Part shown: positions 47,830 to 57,416 of the stretch, piece after piece | How the letters are laid out: each line of letters opens with the position of its first letter | Position numbering within the stretch: the first letter of the stretch is position 1 | Made by a program: the position numbers and the translations under genes | From: Verrucomicrobiota bacterium | GTDB taxonomy: Bacteria > Verrucomicrobiota > Verrucomicrobiia > Limisphaerales > Palsa-1400 | NCBI GenBank assembly: GCA_049510745.1 | Contig: JBEKYR010000003.1 | Span: 32,001-96,000 of the forward strand | DNA: 64,000 nt | Reading direction: 5' to 3' | The notes under the pieces: generated by a model | What the model saw: the letters and a program-made list of their open reading frames with translations, nothing else | Databases searched by the model: none | Told to the model about the DNA's origin: nothing

Positions 47830-48246
47830 ATGTATAACAAAATTCTTGTAACCTTGGACGCGACGCCCACCGACCGGGCGATTATCGAGCACGTCAAACC
47901 GCTCGCCAAGTGGGCGCAGAGCCGGGTGGTGTTGCTCCACGTGGCGGACGGTTGGGCGGCGCGCACCTACGGCCCGGACGCGGTCAGCCCCGAGATCACC
48001 GAGGATACGGCGTATTTGGAGAAGGTGCGGGCGGAGTTTCAATCCGCCGGAATTCCGGCTGAGTCGGAACTGGCCTATGGAGAGCCGGGGGCGGAGATCG
48101 TCAAGTGGGTCGAGAAAAAGGGCTGCGATCTGGTGGCGATGAGCACGCACGGCCACGGCTTCCTCGCCGATCTGTTTCTGGGCAGCGCGTCGCGGCGCGT
48201 CCGGCACAGCATTCGCGTGCCCGTTCTCCTGCTGCGGGCGAGGTGA
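47830..48246 (+). CDS. universal stress protein
   Basis: MYNKILVTLD, VVLLHV, DLVAMSTHGH...LFLGS...VRH...PVLL. Confidence 0.9.
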   Translation: MYNKILVTLDATPTDRAIIEHVKPLAKWAQSRVVLLHVADGWAARTYGPDAVSPEITEDTAYLEKVRAEFQSAGIPAESELAYGEPGAEIVKWVEKKGCDLVAMSTHGHGFLADLFLGSASRRVRHSIRVPVLLLRAR

Positions 48247-48264
48247 ATCATTCGCGCCGCCTTT

Positions 48265-48942
48265 ATGGCTTCGGCTAATTCCGCCCACGTGCCAAAGTGG
48301 CTGAAGATGTTGGTCGGGATGGCGCTTTTGCCGGTGTGTCTCGGCACGGCCAGGGCGCTTTGGCTGGAGCTGGCCCAAGCCGGCGGGTTCGACCGGGTCT
48401 GGCTGCCGCTGCTGGCCGGGGCGGCCTGCTGGGTCGTCGTTTTTCTGCTCCTGCCAAAACCGATGTGGGTTTATGTCCTGGGCCACGAGTTGACGCACGC
48501 GGTCTGGACGTGGATTTTCGGGGGCAGCGTCAAACATATCAAAGCCGCTTCCTCCGGCGGGCACGTCATTACGACCAAGACCAATTTCGTCATCGTGCTG
48601 GCGCCGTACTTCTTTCCGTTCTACGCGGTGCTGGTTGTGCTCGTCTTTGTCATCGGCGACCTGCTGTGGAACTGGCGGCAGGCGTGCCTGCCCTGGTTTC
48701 ATTTGCTGCTCGGGGCCGCCTACGCTTTTCACATTACGCTGACCTGGGAGATTCTGAAAACCCGCCAAACCGACATCACGAGCCAGGGCTATCTTTTTTC
48801 CGGCGTGATTATCTTTCTGGGAAACGCGCTGACGCTGGCCGCGGCCGTGCCGCTGCTGACGGGGCACGGGTTGCTGCAAGCGTTCAAGGGGTGGGCGCAA
48901 TGCAACGCCCAAGTGCTGCATCAACTGGCGAATTTGCTCTAA
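48265..48942 (+). CDS. membrane protein with HExxH motif (M50B-like metallopeptidase)
   Basis: YVLGHELTHA, GGHV, LAPYFFP; several TM segments. Confidence 0.7.
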   Translation: MASANSAHVPKWLKMLVGMALLPVCLGTARALWLELAQAGGFDRVWLPLLAGAACWVVVFLLLPKPMWVYVLGHELTHAVWTWIFGGSVKHIKAASSGGHVITTKTNFVIVLAPYFFPFYAVLVVLVFVIGDLLWNWRQACLPWFHLLLGAAYAFHITLTWEILKTRQTDITSQGYLFSGVIIFLGNALTLAAAVPLLTGHGLLQAFKGWAQCNAQVLHQLANLL

Positions 48943-49087
48943 GGCCTCACGCAAAAACAACCTCCGATTTTCCGCGAGACCCCGCCAGGGCGCTTACGAA
49001 ACTTTGTCCCACGTGGGACAAAGTTTCGTACGCCTCTTTAGGTGGGAATAACGCCTCTCACAGCGGTTGTTACTTTTGCGCGATCCC
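48943..49087. mobile_element. MITE-like element with TAA flanks and a central 36-bp perfect palindrome
   Basis: Imperfect TIRs GGCCTCACGCAAAAACAAC vs GGGATCGCGCAAAAGTAAC (14/19). TAA at 48940-42 and 49088-90. Palindrome at 48995-49030. Confidence 0.65.
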
Positions 49088-49156
49088 TAATGTGAAATGC
49101 CGGACTGAAGCTTTTTGTCCGGCAGGGGCGGCTGGCGCGGAAAATTTTCGGCGGGC

Positions 49157-49372
49157 CTATTTCAGCCGCCACGTAATGCGGGCTTTGCTCAGGTCGTAGG
49201 GGGACATCTCCATTTTGACGCGGTCGCCGACGGTCAGGCGGACCCAGCGTTTGCGCATCTTGCCGCAGATGGTGGCCAGCACGAGATGTTTGTTGTCCAG
49301 TTCCACCCGGAACATCGTTCCCGGCAGCACGGTTTGGACACAGCCTTCGACTTCAATGTGTTCTTCCTTCAT
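49157..49372 (-). CDS. infA: translation initiation factor IF-1
   Basis: [11 protein letters not shown]...[21 protein letters not shown]...[16 protein letters not shown]. Confidence 0.95.
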   Translation of the reverse strand: MKEEHIEVEGCVQTVLPGTMFRVELDNKHLVLATICGKMRKRWVRLTVGDRVKMEMSPYDLSKARITWRLK

Positions 49373-49444
49373 TGGCAAATTCCGTCATGCAACCGGTCTC
49401 TGGCGAAGGCGCGCCCCGCAGACCGGCAAATCCGCAAGCGGCCG

Positions 49445-49483
49445 TGAAAAGGGATCGAGGCCCGGCCAATCCGGGCCTCGATC
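49445..49483 (-). terminator. intrinsic terminator after the second RRM gene
   Basis: Minus strand GATCGAGGCCCGG-ATTGG-CCGGGCCTCGATC followed by CCTTTTC. Confidence 0.75.
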
Positions 49484-49499
49484 GTGCTAAACTCGTGAA

Positions 49500-49814
49500 C
49501 TAGTAGCGGTCACGTCCGCCGCCGCGATATTCGCGACGACCGCCGCCGCCGCCGGCGGGCCGCTCTTCGCGGGGCTTGGCGGTGTTGACGGTCAGGGCGC
49601 GGCCGTCAACGGACTTGCCGTTGAGGGCTTCGGTGGCTTTCTGCGCCTCTTCAGGAGTGCTCATGGTGACGAAGGCAAACCCGCGGGGACGGCCGGTGGT
49701 CCGGTCCATCATCAGGTTGGTTTCCAGGACGGTGCCGTGGGCGGCAAAGGCGTCCTGCAGGTCGTTTTCAGTGGTGTTGAAGGAAAGGTTTCCGACAAAC
49801 AATTTATTACTCAT
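49500..49814 (-). CDS. RRM-domain RNA-binding protein with Gly/Arg tail
   Basis: [49 protein letters not shown]. Confidence 0.95.
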   Translation of the reverse strand: MSNKLFVGNLSFNTTENDLQDAFAAHGTVLETNLMMDRTTGRPRGFAFVTMSTPEEAQKATEALNGKSVDGRALTVNTAKPREERPAGGGGGRREYRGGGRDRY

Positions 49815-49853
49815 GTGATGTTTAACTGTCCTACTAACCGTTGCTTTCTGCAG

Positions 49854-49915
49854 ACTGTTCCCGGTCATCGGGATTAAAATCATCACTGAACTGAGTTCAC
49901 CTGAGGATTCGCCAT
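49854..49915 (-). ncRNA. candidate structured cis-regulatory leader RNA of RRM gene (copy 2)
   Basis: 51/62 identical to 29804-29865; same hairpins; ends 39 nt before the RRM start. Confidence 0.65.
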
Positions 49916-50087
49916 ATCTTGAAAGTGACAAGCTTCCGAACAGGAAGCCAAGATGGCCCCATCCGGCGGAATAGCAAGATATATTTACAACTATTTTTCC
50001 TGGAGAGGGATGCGGCCGGCGAGCCGGGGCGCCGCAGCGCGGTTTGAGTTGGCCCTGGAGCGGGTTTTGTGAGAGGGTTTGGCCCCG

Positions 50088-51329
50088 ATGAACGTCGCTT
50101 TGCTGCAAAGAATTGACCGCTGGGCGGGGGCGCCTCTCTGCGGGGCGCTGACGTTGCTGCGGGCGGTTTTTGGCCGCGCGCTGCCCCCCGGCCCTGCGCC
50201 CGTCAGGCGCATTCTTTTCGTCAAATTGGCGGAGCAGGGTTCGACGGTCCTGGCCGCCGCTGCCATCGCGCGCGCCGTGCAGATGGTGGGACGGGAGCAG
50301 GTCTATTTCGTCCTGTTCGAGGAGAACCGGTTCATTCTCGATTTGCTCGATCTGGTGCCGCCGGAGAATGTCCTGGCGCTTTCGTCCCGGAGCCTGCCGC
50401 GGCTGCTTTCCACGACCTGGCGCGCGCTGCGCCAAATGTGGCGGCTGAAACTCGACGCGGCTATTGACATGGAGTTTTTCGCGCGCGGTTCGGCGGCCCT
50501 CGCTTTCCTGAGTGGCGCGAGAGCGCGGGTCGGCTTTCACGCTTTTTTTGGCGCCGGGCCGTATCGCGGCGATTTAATGACGCATCGGCTTCTCTATAAC
50601 CCGCATCTTCACACGACGGCCATGTTTCAAGTGCTGGTGGAGGCGTTGACAGTGGACCCGTCCCAATTGCCCACCTTCGGCATCAAGCCGCCGCCGGCGG
50701 AGAGTGTCTTGCGGCCATTCGAGCCGCGTCCGGGTGAGCGCGAACCGCTGCGGGCGATGTTGCCCAAGTCCAACGCGCCGCCGCCGCCGCTGATCCTGCT
50801 CAATCCCAACGCCGGCGATTTTCTCCCGCTGCGCAAATGGCCCGGGACGCGCTACGTCGAACTGGCCCGCCGTCTCCTGGCGCGATTCCCGGAGGTCTGC
50901 GTCGGGTTCACCGGCGGGCCGGCGGAAGCGGCGGCGGTGGAGGCGCTGGCGCGGCAGGTCGATTCGGAGCGATGCGTTTGCCTTGCGGGCAAGACGACGC
51001 TGCGTCAATTGATGGTATTGTACACGCTGGCGGAGGTTTTGGTGACGAACGACAGCGGCCCGGCGCATTTCGCGTCGCTGACTTCGATTGATGCGGTGAC
51101 GCTGTTTGGCCCGGAGACGCCGGAGCTTTTCGCCGCGCGCACGCCGCGCAGCCGCGCCCTCTGGGCCGGCCTGGCGTGCAGCCCGTGTGTCAACGCCTAC
51201 AACAACCGGCAATCGCCCTGTCGCAACAACGTCTGCATGCAACAGATCAGCGTGGACCAGGTGTTTGGCGAGGTCTGCGCCATTTACACGGCCCGTCTCC
51301 GGCAAAAGAATTCCGGCGCCGGGCGGTGA
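50088..51329 (+). CDS. glycosyltransferase family 9 (heptosyltransferase-like)
   Basis: [53 protein letters not shown]. Confidence 0.9.
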   Translation: MNVALLQRIDRWAGAPLCGALTLLRAVFGRALPPGPAPVRRILFVKLAEQGSTVLAAAAIARAVQMVGREQVYFVLFEENRFILDLLDLVPPENVLALSSRSLPRLLSTTWRALRQMWRLKLDAAIDMEFFARGSAALAFLSGARARVGFHAFFGAGPYRGDLMTHRLLYNPHLHTTAMFQVLVEALTVDPSQLPTFGIKPPPAESVLRPFEPRPGEREPLRAMLPKSNAPPPPLILLNPNAGDFLPLRKWPGTRYVELARRLLARFPEVCVGFTGGPAEAAAVEALARQVDSERCVCLAGKTTLRQLMVLYTLAEVLVTNDSGPAHFASLTSIDAVTLFGPETPELFAARTPRSRALWAGLACSPCVNAYNNRQSPCRNNVCMQQISVDQVFGEVCAIYTARLRQKNSGAGR

Positions 51330-51409
51330 ACCGGCGGCGGAAGGGCGTATTGGGTCATTTGAGCATTCTTTCACAAATACACCGATTGATGAAACCTGTT
51401 CGCCTGCGC

Positions 51410-52543
51410 TCAAGGCCGGAAGAACCGGATGGCCAGGACATTGGCCACGGCTCCGAAGGCAAGCAGGACGGCCATGGGCAGGAGCGCGGCTTGGAGGCCG
51501 GCGCCGAAGCTGATCAATTGGTTCAGGCCGGCCAAGGCCCAGCCGGTGGGAAAACAAAGCGCGATGGTCTTCCACACCGGCGGCGCGATTTCCAGCGGCC
51601 ACCAACAGCCGCCGAGCGCGCCCATCAGCAGGCTTGTCAATACGCAAACGGGGATGACCCGGTCTTCGGAGGCGAAGCACGATCCCACCAGGACGCCCAG
51701 CGCCCCCGCCACCCACGAGAGGATCAGCAGGATCAAAATGACTCCGGGCAGGTTCGCCCCCAGGTTGACGTGAAAGACGAATTTGCCGAGCAACAGAAAG
51801 AAGACGACCTGGGCGGCGCCCAGCAAGGTGTTGCCGTAAATCTTGCCCAGAACAATCTCCAGACGCGAGGCGGCTGAGGTCGTCAATCTTCTGAGGATTC
51901 CGTTGCGCCGGGAAGCGGCCATCGATGCGCCGCCAAAAACCAGGAGGTTCAGCATCAAATACATCACCAGGTTGCCGGGCAGCGAGAAATTGAATCCGGA
52001 GGGCACGGGTCTGCGTCCGGCGAAATGCGAATTCAACTTCACCGGGTTGGGCGTTTCCCTGATTTCGCGCAGGCGCTCTTCGGTCAGCGTTGCGATCGTT
52101 CCCTCCCTGGTGATCGCCTCCAGGAGGTGTCCGTTCAAGCCGATCAAGGCGCGAGCCAGGCGCAATTCCAGCAGCGCGCTGTCCGCTTCGCCAGCGCCTT
52201 CGCGCCGCAGGAACTGGAGCCTGGTCTTTTCGCCGCGCAGCGTTCGCGCGGTGAAATCGGCGGGGATGCGCAATTCGCGGGCGGCCTTTGCGGCGTTGGT
52301 GGGATCGACCACCCACAGGCCCTCGGCGTGCATCTCTTCGAGCAAGGCGCGGGAGAGAAAATTGGTGTCTTTGTTGTCAATCAGAACCGGCGGGTGGCGG
52401 TTGGAGGGATCGCCCGGCCCGCGCAGGGCGTAGCCCAGGAAGTACATCACGGCCGTCGGAATGGCGAAGAGCCAGACGTAGGCCGTCCTGCTCTTGAAGA
52501 AAATGCGCAGGTCGTTGTGGCCGATGTCAAGAATTCGTCGCAT
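51410..52543 (-). CDS. ABC-2 type exporter permease
   Basis: N-terminal TM, periplasmic loop, RRNGILRRL, LGGCWWPLEIAP, PTGWA. True ATG at 52543. Confidence 0.88.
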   Translation of the reverse strand: MRRILDIGHNDLRIFFKSRTAYVWLFAIPTAVMYFLGYALRGPGDPSNRHPPVLIDNKDTNFLSRALLEEMHAEGLWVVDPTNAAKAARELRIPADFTARTLRGEKTRLQFLRREGAGEADSALLELRLARALIGLNGHLLEAITREGTIATLTEERLREIRETPNPVKLNSHFAGRRPVPSGFNFSLPGNLVMYLMLNLLVFGGASMAASRRNGILRRLTTSAASRLEIVLGKIYGNTLLGAAQVVFFLLLGKFVFHVNLGANLPGVILILLILSWVAGALGVLVGSCFASEDRVIPVCVLTSLLMGALGGCWWPLEIAPPVWKTIALCFPTGWALAGLNQLISFGAGLQAALLPMAVLLAFGAVANVLAIRFFRP

Positions 52544-53835
52544 CAGCGCAATCCTTTCTCGAAACGGCGCTTGAAGAGAAAGGCCGCCAGGGCGACGCCC
52601 AGCGCGCCGAGCGCGGCCAGTTTGGCCGCGGGGATGAACCACGAGGCGTCCGACCACCACAGTTCCCGCGCCGTGGCGGCGAACCAATAGGTCGGCAGGA
52701 GCGGCGCGAGATGTTTGCCAACCGCGGCGGGCAATTGGTCCGGCGGAAACATGCAGCCTCCGGCCATGCTGAAAACCATGCTCAAGACGTTGTTGAGGGC
52801 GTTGGCGCGGCGTTCGTCCGGCATGAGGGCGACGGTGACGGCCATCAAGCCGGTGGCAAACCACACGTAAGCCAGCGTCAACAGGCCGAGCTGGAGCGGT
52901 CGTGGCCAGCGGAAATGAAAGAGCAACTGCCCGCCGGCCAGCATGATCGCCGCACCCATCGAAACGATGACGACCGTAAAAAGCGCCTTGGCCGCCACGA
53001 AGGGAAGCAGGCGGTCGCGCAGGGTGTGGTAACGCTCGAAGGTGCCCTGCCACAATTCGCGGTGCAGATCCGCCATCGCCTGGCTGGCGAGCAGGAGCAG
53101 GAACATTGCCGCCAAACCCACCAATAAATAGGCGAAGATATTAAACTTTGGCGCCGATCTTTCCCGCGGCCCTGAAGTTGAAGCGGCGGATTTTGGGCCG
53201 GCGTCCGCCGGGGCGTCGGCGGGCGCGGCGCTGTTGGTGTAGCCCACCAAGGGCGGGAAAAGGTATTTGCGCGCCGCCTGAAGTTTGTTGCCGGTCTGTT
53301 CGATGAGCCGGGCGGCCTCGTGGTAGTCGCCCCGGCCTTCGATCACTTCGCGCCAGGCGGGGAATTCGGAATTGAAATTGCGCGAGAGGCCGTTGAGGGC
53401 GCTGACGACGACTTGCAGCAATTCCTCCAAGACGGCCGGGTGAATTTGCTCCGCCGGATTCTTGACTAATTCGAGCTGGACGTTCCGGCCGGTCAGATAG
53501 TTGGAGGCGAAATGCGGCGGAATGACGAGGATCGCGCTGAGCTTTTCGTCTTTCAACTGCTGCTCCGCCGCGTCGCGCTCCAGAAAAACGGGTTCGAGAT
53601 ACTGGCCGGCTTTGCCCTGGTTGGCCGCGCCGCGCAGGAAGTCCGCCAGGGGCGACTTGTCTTGATCGACGACGGCGAATTTGATCCGGCCGAGGCTGTT
53701 GTCATTGCCGCTCCAGCCGCCGAAGACCATCCCGATGACCGCCGTGATGAGAATGGGCAGGGAGAGGTTCAGCAGCCAGGGCAGGGGGTTGCGCCAGGCG
53801 CGCCGCAGGTCTTTGGCGAGGAGAGCGCGCAGCAC
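52543..53835 (-). CDS. ABC-2 type exporter permease
   Basis: LLAKDLRR, AVVDQD, GGCMFP, LLPTYW; multiple TM segments. Confidence 0.88.
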   Translation of the reverse strand: MLRALLAKDLRRAWRNPLPWLLNLSLPILITAVIGMVFGGWSGNDNSLGRIKFAVVDQDKSPLADFLRGAANQGKAGQYLEPVFLERDAAEQQLKDEKLSAILVIPPHFASNYLTGRNVQLELVKNPAEQIHPAVLEELLQVVVSALNGLSRNFNSEFPAWREVIEGRGDYHEAARLIEQTGNKLQAARKYLFPPLVGYTNSAAPADAPADAGPKSAASTSGPRERSAPKFNIFAYLLVGLAAMFLLLLASQAMADLHRELWQGTFERYHTLRDRLLPFVAAKALFTVVIVSMGAAIMLAGGQLLFHFRWPRPLQLGLLTLAYVWFATGLMAVTVALMPDERRANALNNVLSMVFSMAGGCMFPPDQLPAAVGKHLAPLLPTYWFAATARELWWSDASWFIPAAKLAALGALGVALAAFLFKRRFEKGLR

Positions 53836-53836
53836 G

Positions 53837-54769
<933 letters not shown>

Positions 54770-54851
54770 GCGGGCATCGTAGGGGGCGCGCGACGGAGGG
54801 CAAGCGTTATGTGTTCAGCGGCGCGATAGTCGCTCCGTCAGGGGCCTCGCT

Positions 54852-57314
54852 TCATCGGGCCGTGAGCTGCAATTGGTAACGGGGAATGATTTCGACGCTC
54901 CGGAGCGTGGCAACGCCGGCTGCCTCGCCGAAATCCGGGCGCGCGTTTTCGGCCAGATAAATGGGCGCGTCTTTGCGCAGCGGAAGAATGGCAATGCGCA
55001 GGCCGCCCTTGAGAACGTCGGGAGCGTGACGGCGCAATCCGACGTCAAACGCGTTGCCGTTGTAAAAGTCATCGGTAATAAATTTGCCGTCCAGGATCAC
55101 GCGGGCGACGTCGCCGACGTAATGAAACCGAAGAATAGGATCGGCGCCGAGGTCCAAACGAGGCGGGATTTTCACGCGCCAAACCGCCGCCGCTTCAAAG
55201 TCCGAATCCAAAGGAGCGGCGGCAACGGGCTGCTTGATTTTGCCGACGGGAATTTCCCGCGGCGGCCCGGCGGCCCGCACCTTTTTGAAAGTGGCCTTGA
55301 GTTTGAAAGCTCGCGGGGCATGGGGAGTAAAGCGCTGGAAGACGCCCTCGGTTTTGGGCGCAAGATCGCTGCCCCCGGATTCGAGCGCGGAGGGGGCCGG
55401 GTAAATCGCCACGGTGAGGTCAGCCGGGTCGGCAGAGGCCAGGCGGAGATTGTCTCCATCGAGGACGAGGCCGGCACGAGTGAGAAAGACCCGGTCGCGA
55501 CCCCGCAAATTGCCTTTCCACAAAGCCAGGGAGCCATTCTTATCAAGCACAACGAGCTGGAGCGAGCGCCCATCCGCCAGCCGGACCCTGGCCGCGACCT
55601 CCGCGCCCGGCGTTATATCGCGGAGCAGGGTGGCGTCTTCGCCGCGGGTGAGGCGGCCGGTGACGGCTTCCAGCGGCGGGCTGTTTGTTTCGAAAGCAAA
55701 TTGCGCGGGAACGCCTTCGGTTTCCGCGAAAAAGACGGTGCGCACCTGGCCGTCGTCAATGGCGGTGAGCGGCTGCGCGGTGGCCCAGAGCAGCCGAACG
55801 CCCTGGCCAAGATCGAGATGGAACGGCCAGAGGAGGCAGGCGCCGGACGGAATGGTGACGGGGTTTTGCGGGAAGAGCAGGGGGCCGGCCGGAAGACGGA
55901 TCAGGAACTGCACGTCCTTTTTCGGAGGCATGTCCTGCAGGCGCTGATAATTATTGACGAAAACGAATCCGCTCTCGCCGTCGGAGCGAACACTCCAGCG
56001 CAGGGTGTCAAAGTCATTTTTTCCCTGCGGGCGCTGATCCGGCAGGGCCGCGGGCATTCCCGCCAAAACCGAACCCCACTCGTGAAGGAAAAGATGGAGG
56101 CGCCGCAAGAGGTGGTATTGCCCGCGGATTTGACCATACTGGCCGAGCGGGGCCTGGAAGTCGTAGTTCTTGACGGGCATGTCATTCCAGTACTCGGTGG
56201 CTTGCGATTCCATCAAGGTGGTCAACTTGCCTTCGGGATTGACGCCGCCGTGATACATGTAGTAGCCGGGCAAGGTGCTGCCCGAGCCGAGCTTGATGAG
56301 CGTGGTGGACTCGACGTCCTTGGGATTGACAAGAATGCGCCGGTGGTAGCTGTTCATCATGCCGCCCCCAATTTCGCAGGTGAGATACGGATATTGTTCC
56401 GAGTCCGGCGGGTCTTCCGCGCCGCCTTCGCCGGGAATCCCGCCGGCGGTGGCATCATCCATGCGGAAATTGGAAAAATGAAACCCTTTCCAATAGCCCG
56501 CCGGCATGGGCGTGAGAACCCGGTCCCAAAAACCTTCCGCATAGACGCCGTAGAGGGGGACGATTTCGCCGAAGGGCAGGCGCCCCGAGGGTTGGTTCCA
56601 GCCGGTGCGCGTGTAGAGCGGGGCGTCCAGCCCCGCTTCCCGGCCGATGCGTTTGAGCGTCAATAAATGTTCGGCGGGGCCGCTGTATTCGTTTTCGAAC
56701 TGGATGCCAATGACCGGTCCGCCGTCCTTCCAGAACAGCCCGTCAAGCTGCCGGGCGATCTCGCCGTAGAGGATTCTTGTCTTGTCGAGATAATTCGAAT
56801 CGTTGGCGCGGGTTTCCCAGCCTTTTTTCAGAAGCCAGTCGGGGAAGCCGCCGTTGCGCGCTTCGCCGTGGTCCCAGGGACCGCACCGCACAAAAGCCTT
56901 CAGCCCGACTTCCTGGCAGAGTTGAATGAAGCGCCGCAAGTTGCGCGATCCCGACCAATCAAATTGTCCTTCAATCTCTTCGTGAAAAATCCAGAAAACG
57001 TAGGTGGAGACGATGTCAACGCCGCCGGCCTTCATCTTGAGCAGCTCTTCGCGCCACTCCTGCTCCGGGTAGCGGGCGAAGTGAAACTCGCCCATCACAG
57101 GCGTCCACCGCTTGCCGTTGAGCAGGAGGCTGCCGCTATCAAGCGTCAGCGTGGCGCCGTCCGGGCGGCGGGCGCCGCCCATGTTGAAGCCTTCCGTGAC
57201 AGGAGGCTTTGGCGCGGTAATGGTGATGGTGTGGCCGTCCGCCAAGGCGATCGCGGGAGCCAGAAGGGCCAGGCACGTTGTCAACCCAAGTTTCCGCAGG
57301 TCAAATCCAGTCAC
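54852..57314 (-). CDS. secreted beta-galactosidase, GH35-like
   Basis: Signal peptide; MGEFHFARYP, YVFWIFHEE, GGFPDWL, IQFENEY (acid/base), CEIGGG, YYMYHGG, YDFQAPLGQYG. Confidence 0.9.
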   Translation of the reverse strand: MTGFDLRKLGLTTCLALLAPAIALADGHTITITAPKPPVTEGFNMGGARRPDGATLTLDSGSLLLNGKRWTPVMGEFHFARYPEQEWREELLKMKAGGVDIVSTYVFWIFHEEIEGQFDWSGSRNLRRFIQLCQEVGLKAFVRCGPWDHGEARNGGFPDWLLKKGWETRANDSNYLDKTRILYGEIARQLDGLFWKDGGPVIGIQFENEYSGPAEHLLTLKRIGREAGLDAPLYTRTGWNQPSGRLPFGEIVPLYGVYAEGFWDRVLTPMPAGYWKGFHFSNFRMDDATAGGIPGEGGAEDPPDSEQYPYLTCEIGGGMMNSYHRRILVNPKDVESTTLIKLGSGSTLPGYYMYHGGVNPEGKLTTLMESQATEYWNDMPVKNYDFQAPLGQYGQIRGQYHLLRRLHLFLHEWGSVLAGMPAALPDQRPQGKNDFDTLRWSVRSDGESGFVFVNNYQRLQDMPPKKDVQFLIRLPAGPLLFPQNPVTIPSGACLLWPFHLDLGQGVRLLWATAQPLTAIDDGQVRTVFFAETEGVPAQFAFETNSPPLEAVTGRLTRGEDATLLRDITPGAEVAARVRLADGRSLQLVVLDKNGSLALWKGNLRGRDRVFLTRAGLVLDGDNLRLASADPADLTVAIYPAPSALESGGSDLAPKTEGVFQRFTPHAPRAFKLKATFKKVRAAGPPREIPVGKIKQPVAAAPLDSDFEAAAVWRVKIPPRLDLGADPILRFHYVGDVARVILDGKFITDDFYNGNAFDVGLRRHAPDVLKGGLRIAILPLRKDAPIYLAENARPDFGEAAGVATLRSVEIIPRYQLQLTAR

Positions 57315-57416
57315 AAAAAAAAGCCCGGTTCATCAGTTTCGAAAACTCGCGGTTCAAACCAGGCTGTAAGCGGGGTCAACCGCTTGCAGCCTTTCTGGAT
57401 TTGGAGTTTGAGTGAT

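Noticed and set aside
49815..50540. N-terminal extensions of ORF-track calls (RRM 49500-50540, tolR from 9562, pgpA to 29400, mntH from 46220, porin from 44802)
   Set aside because: Extensions overlap neighbouring genes or promoters; family similarity begins at the downstream starts used above.
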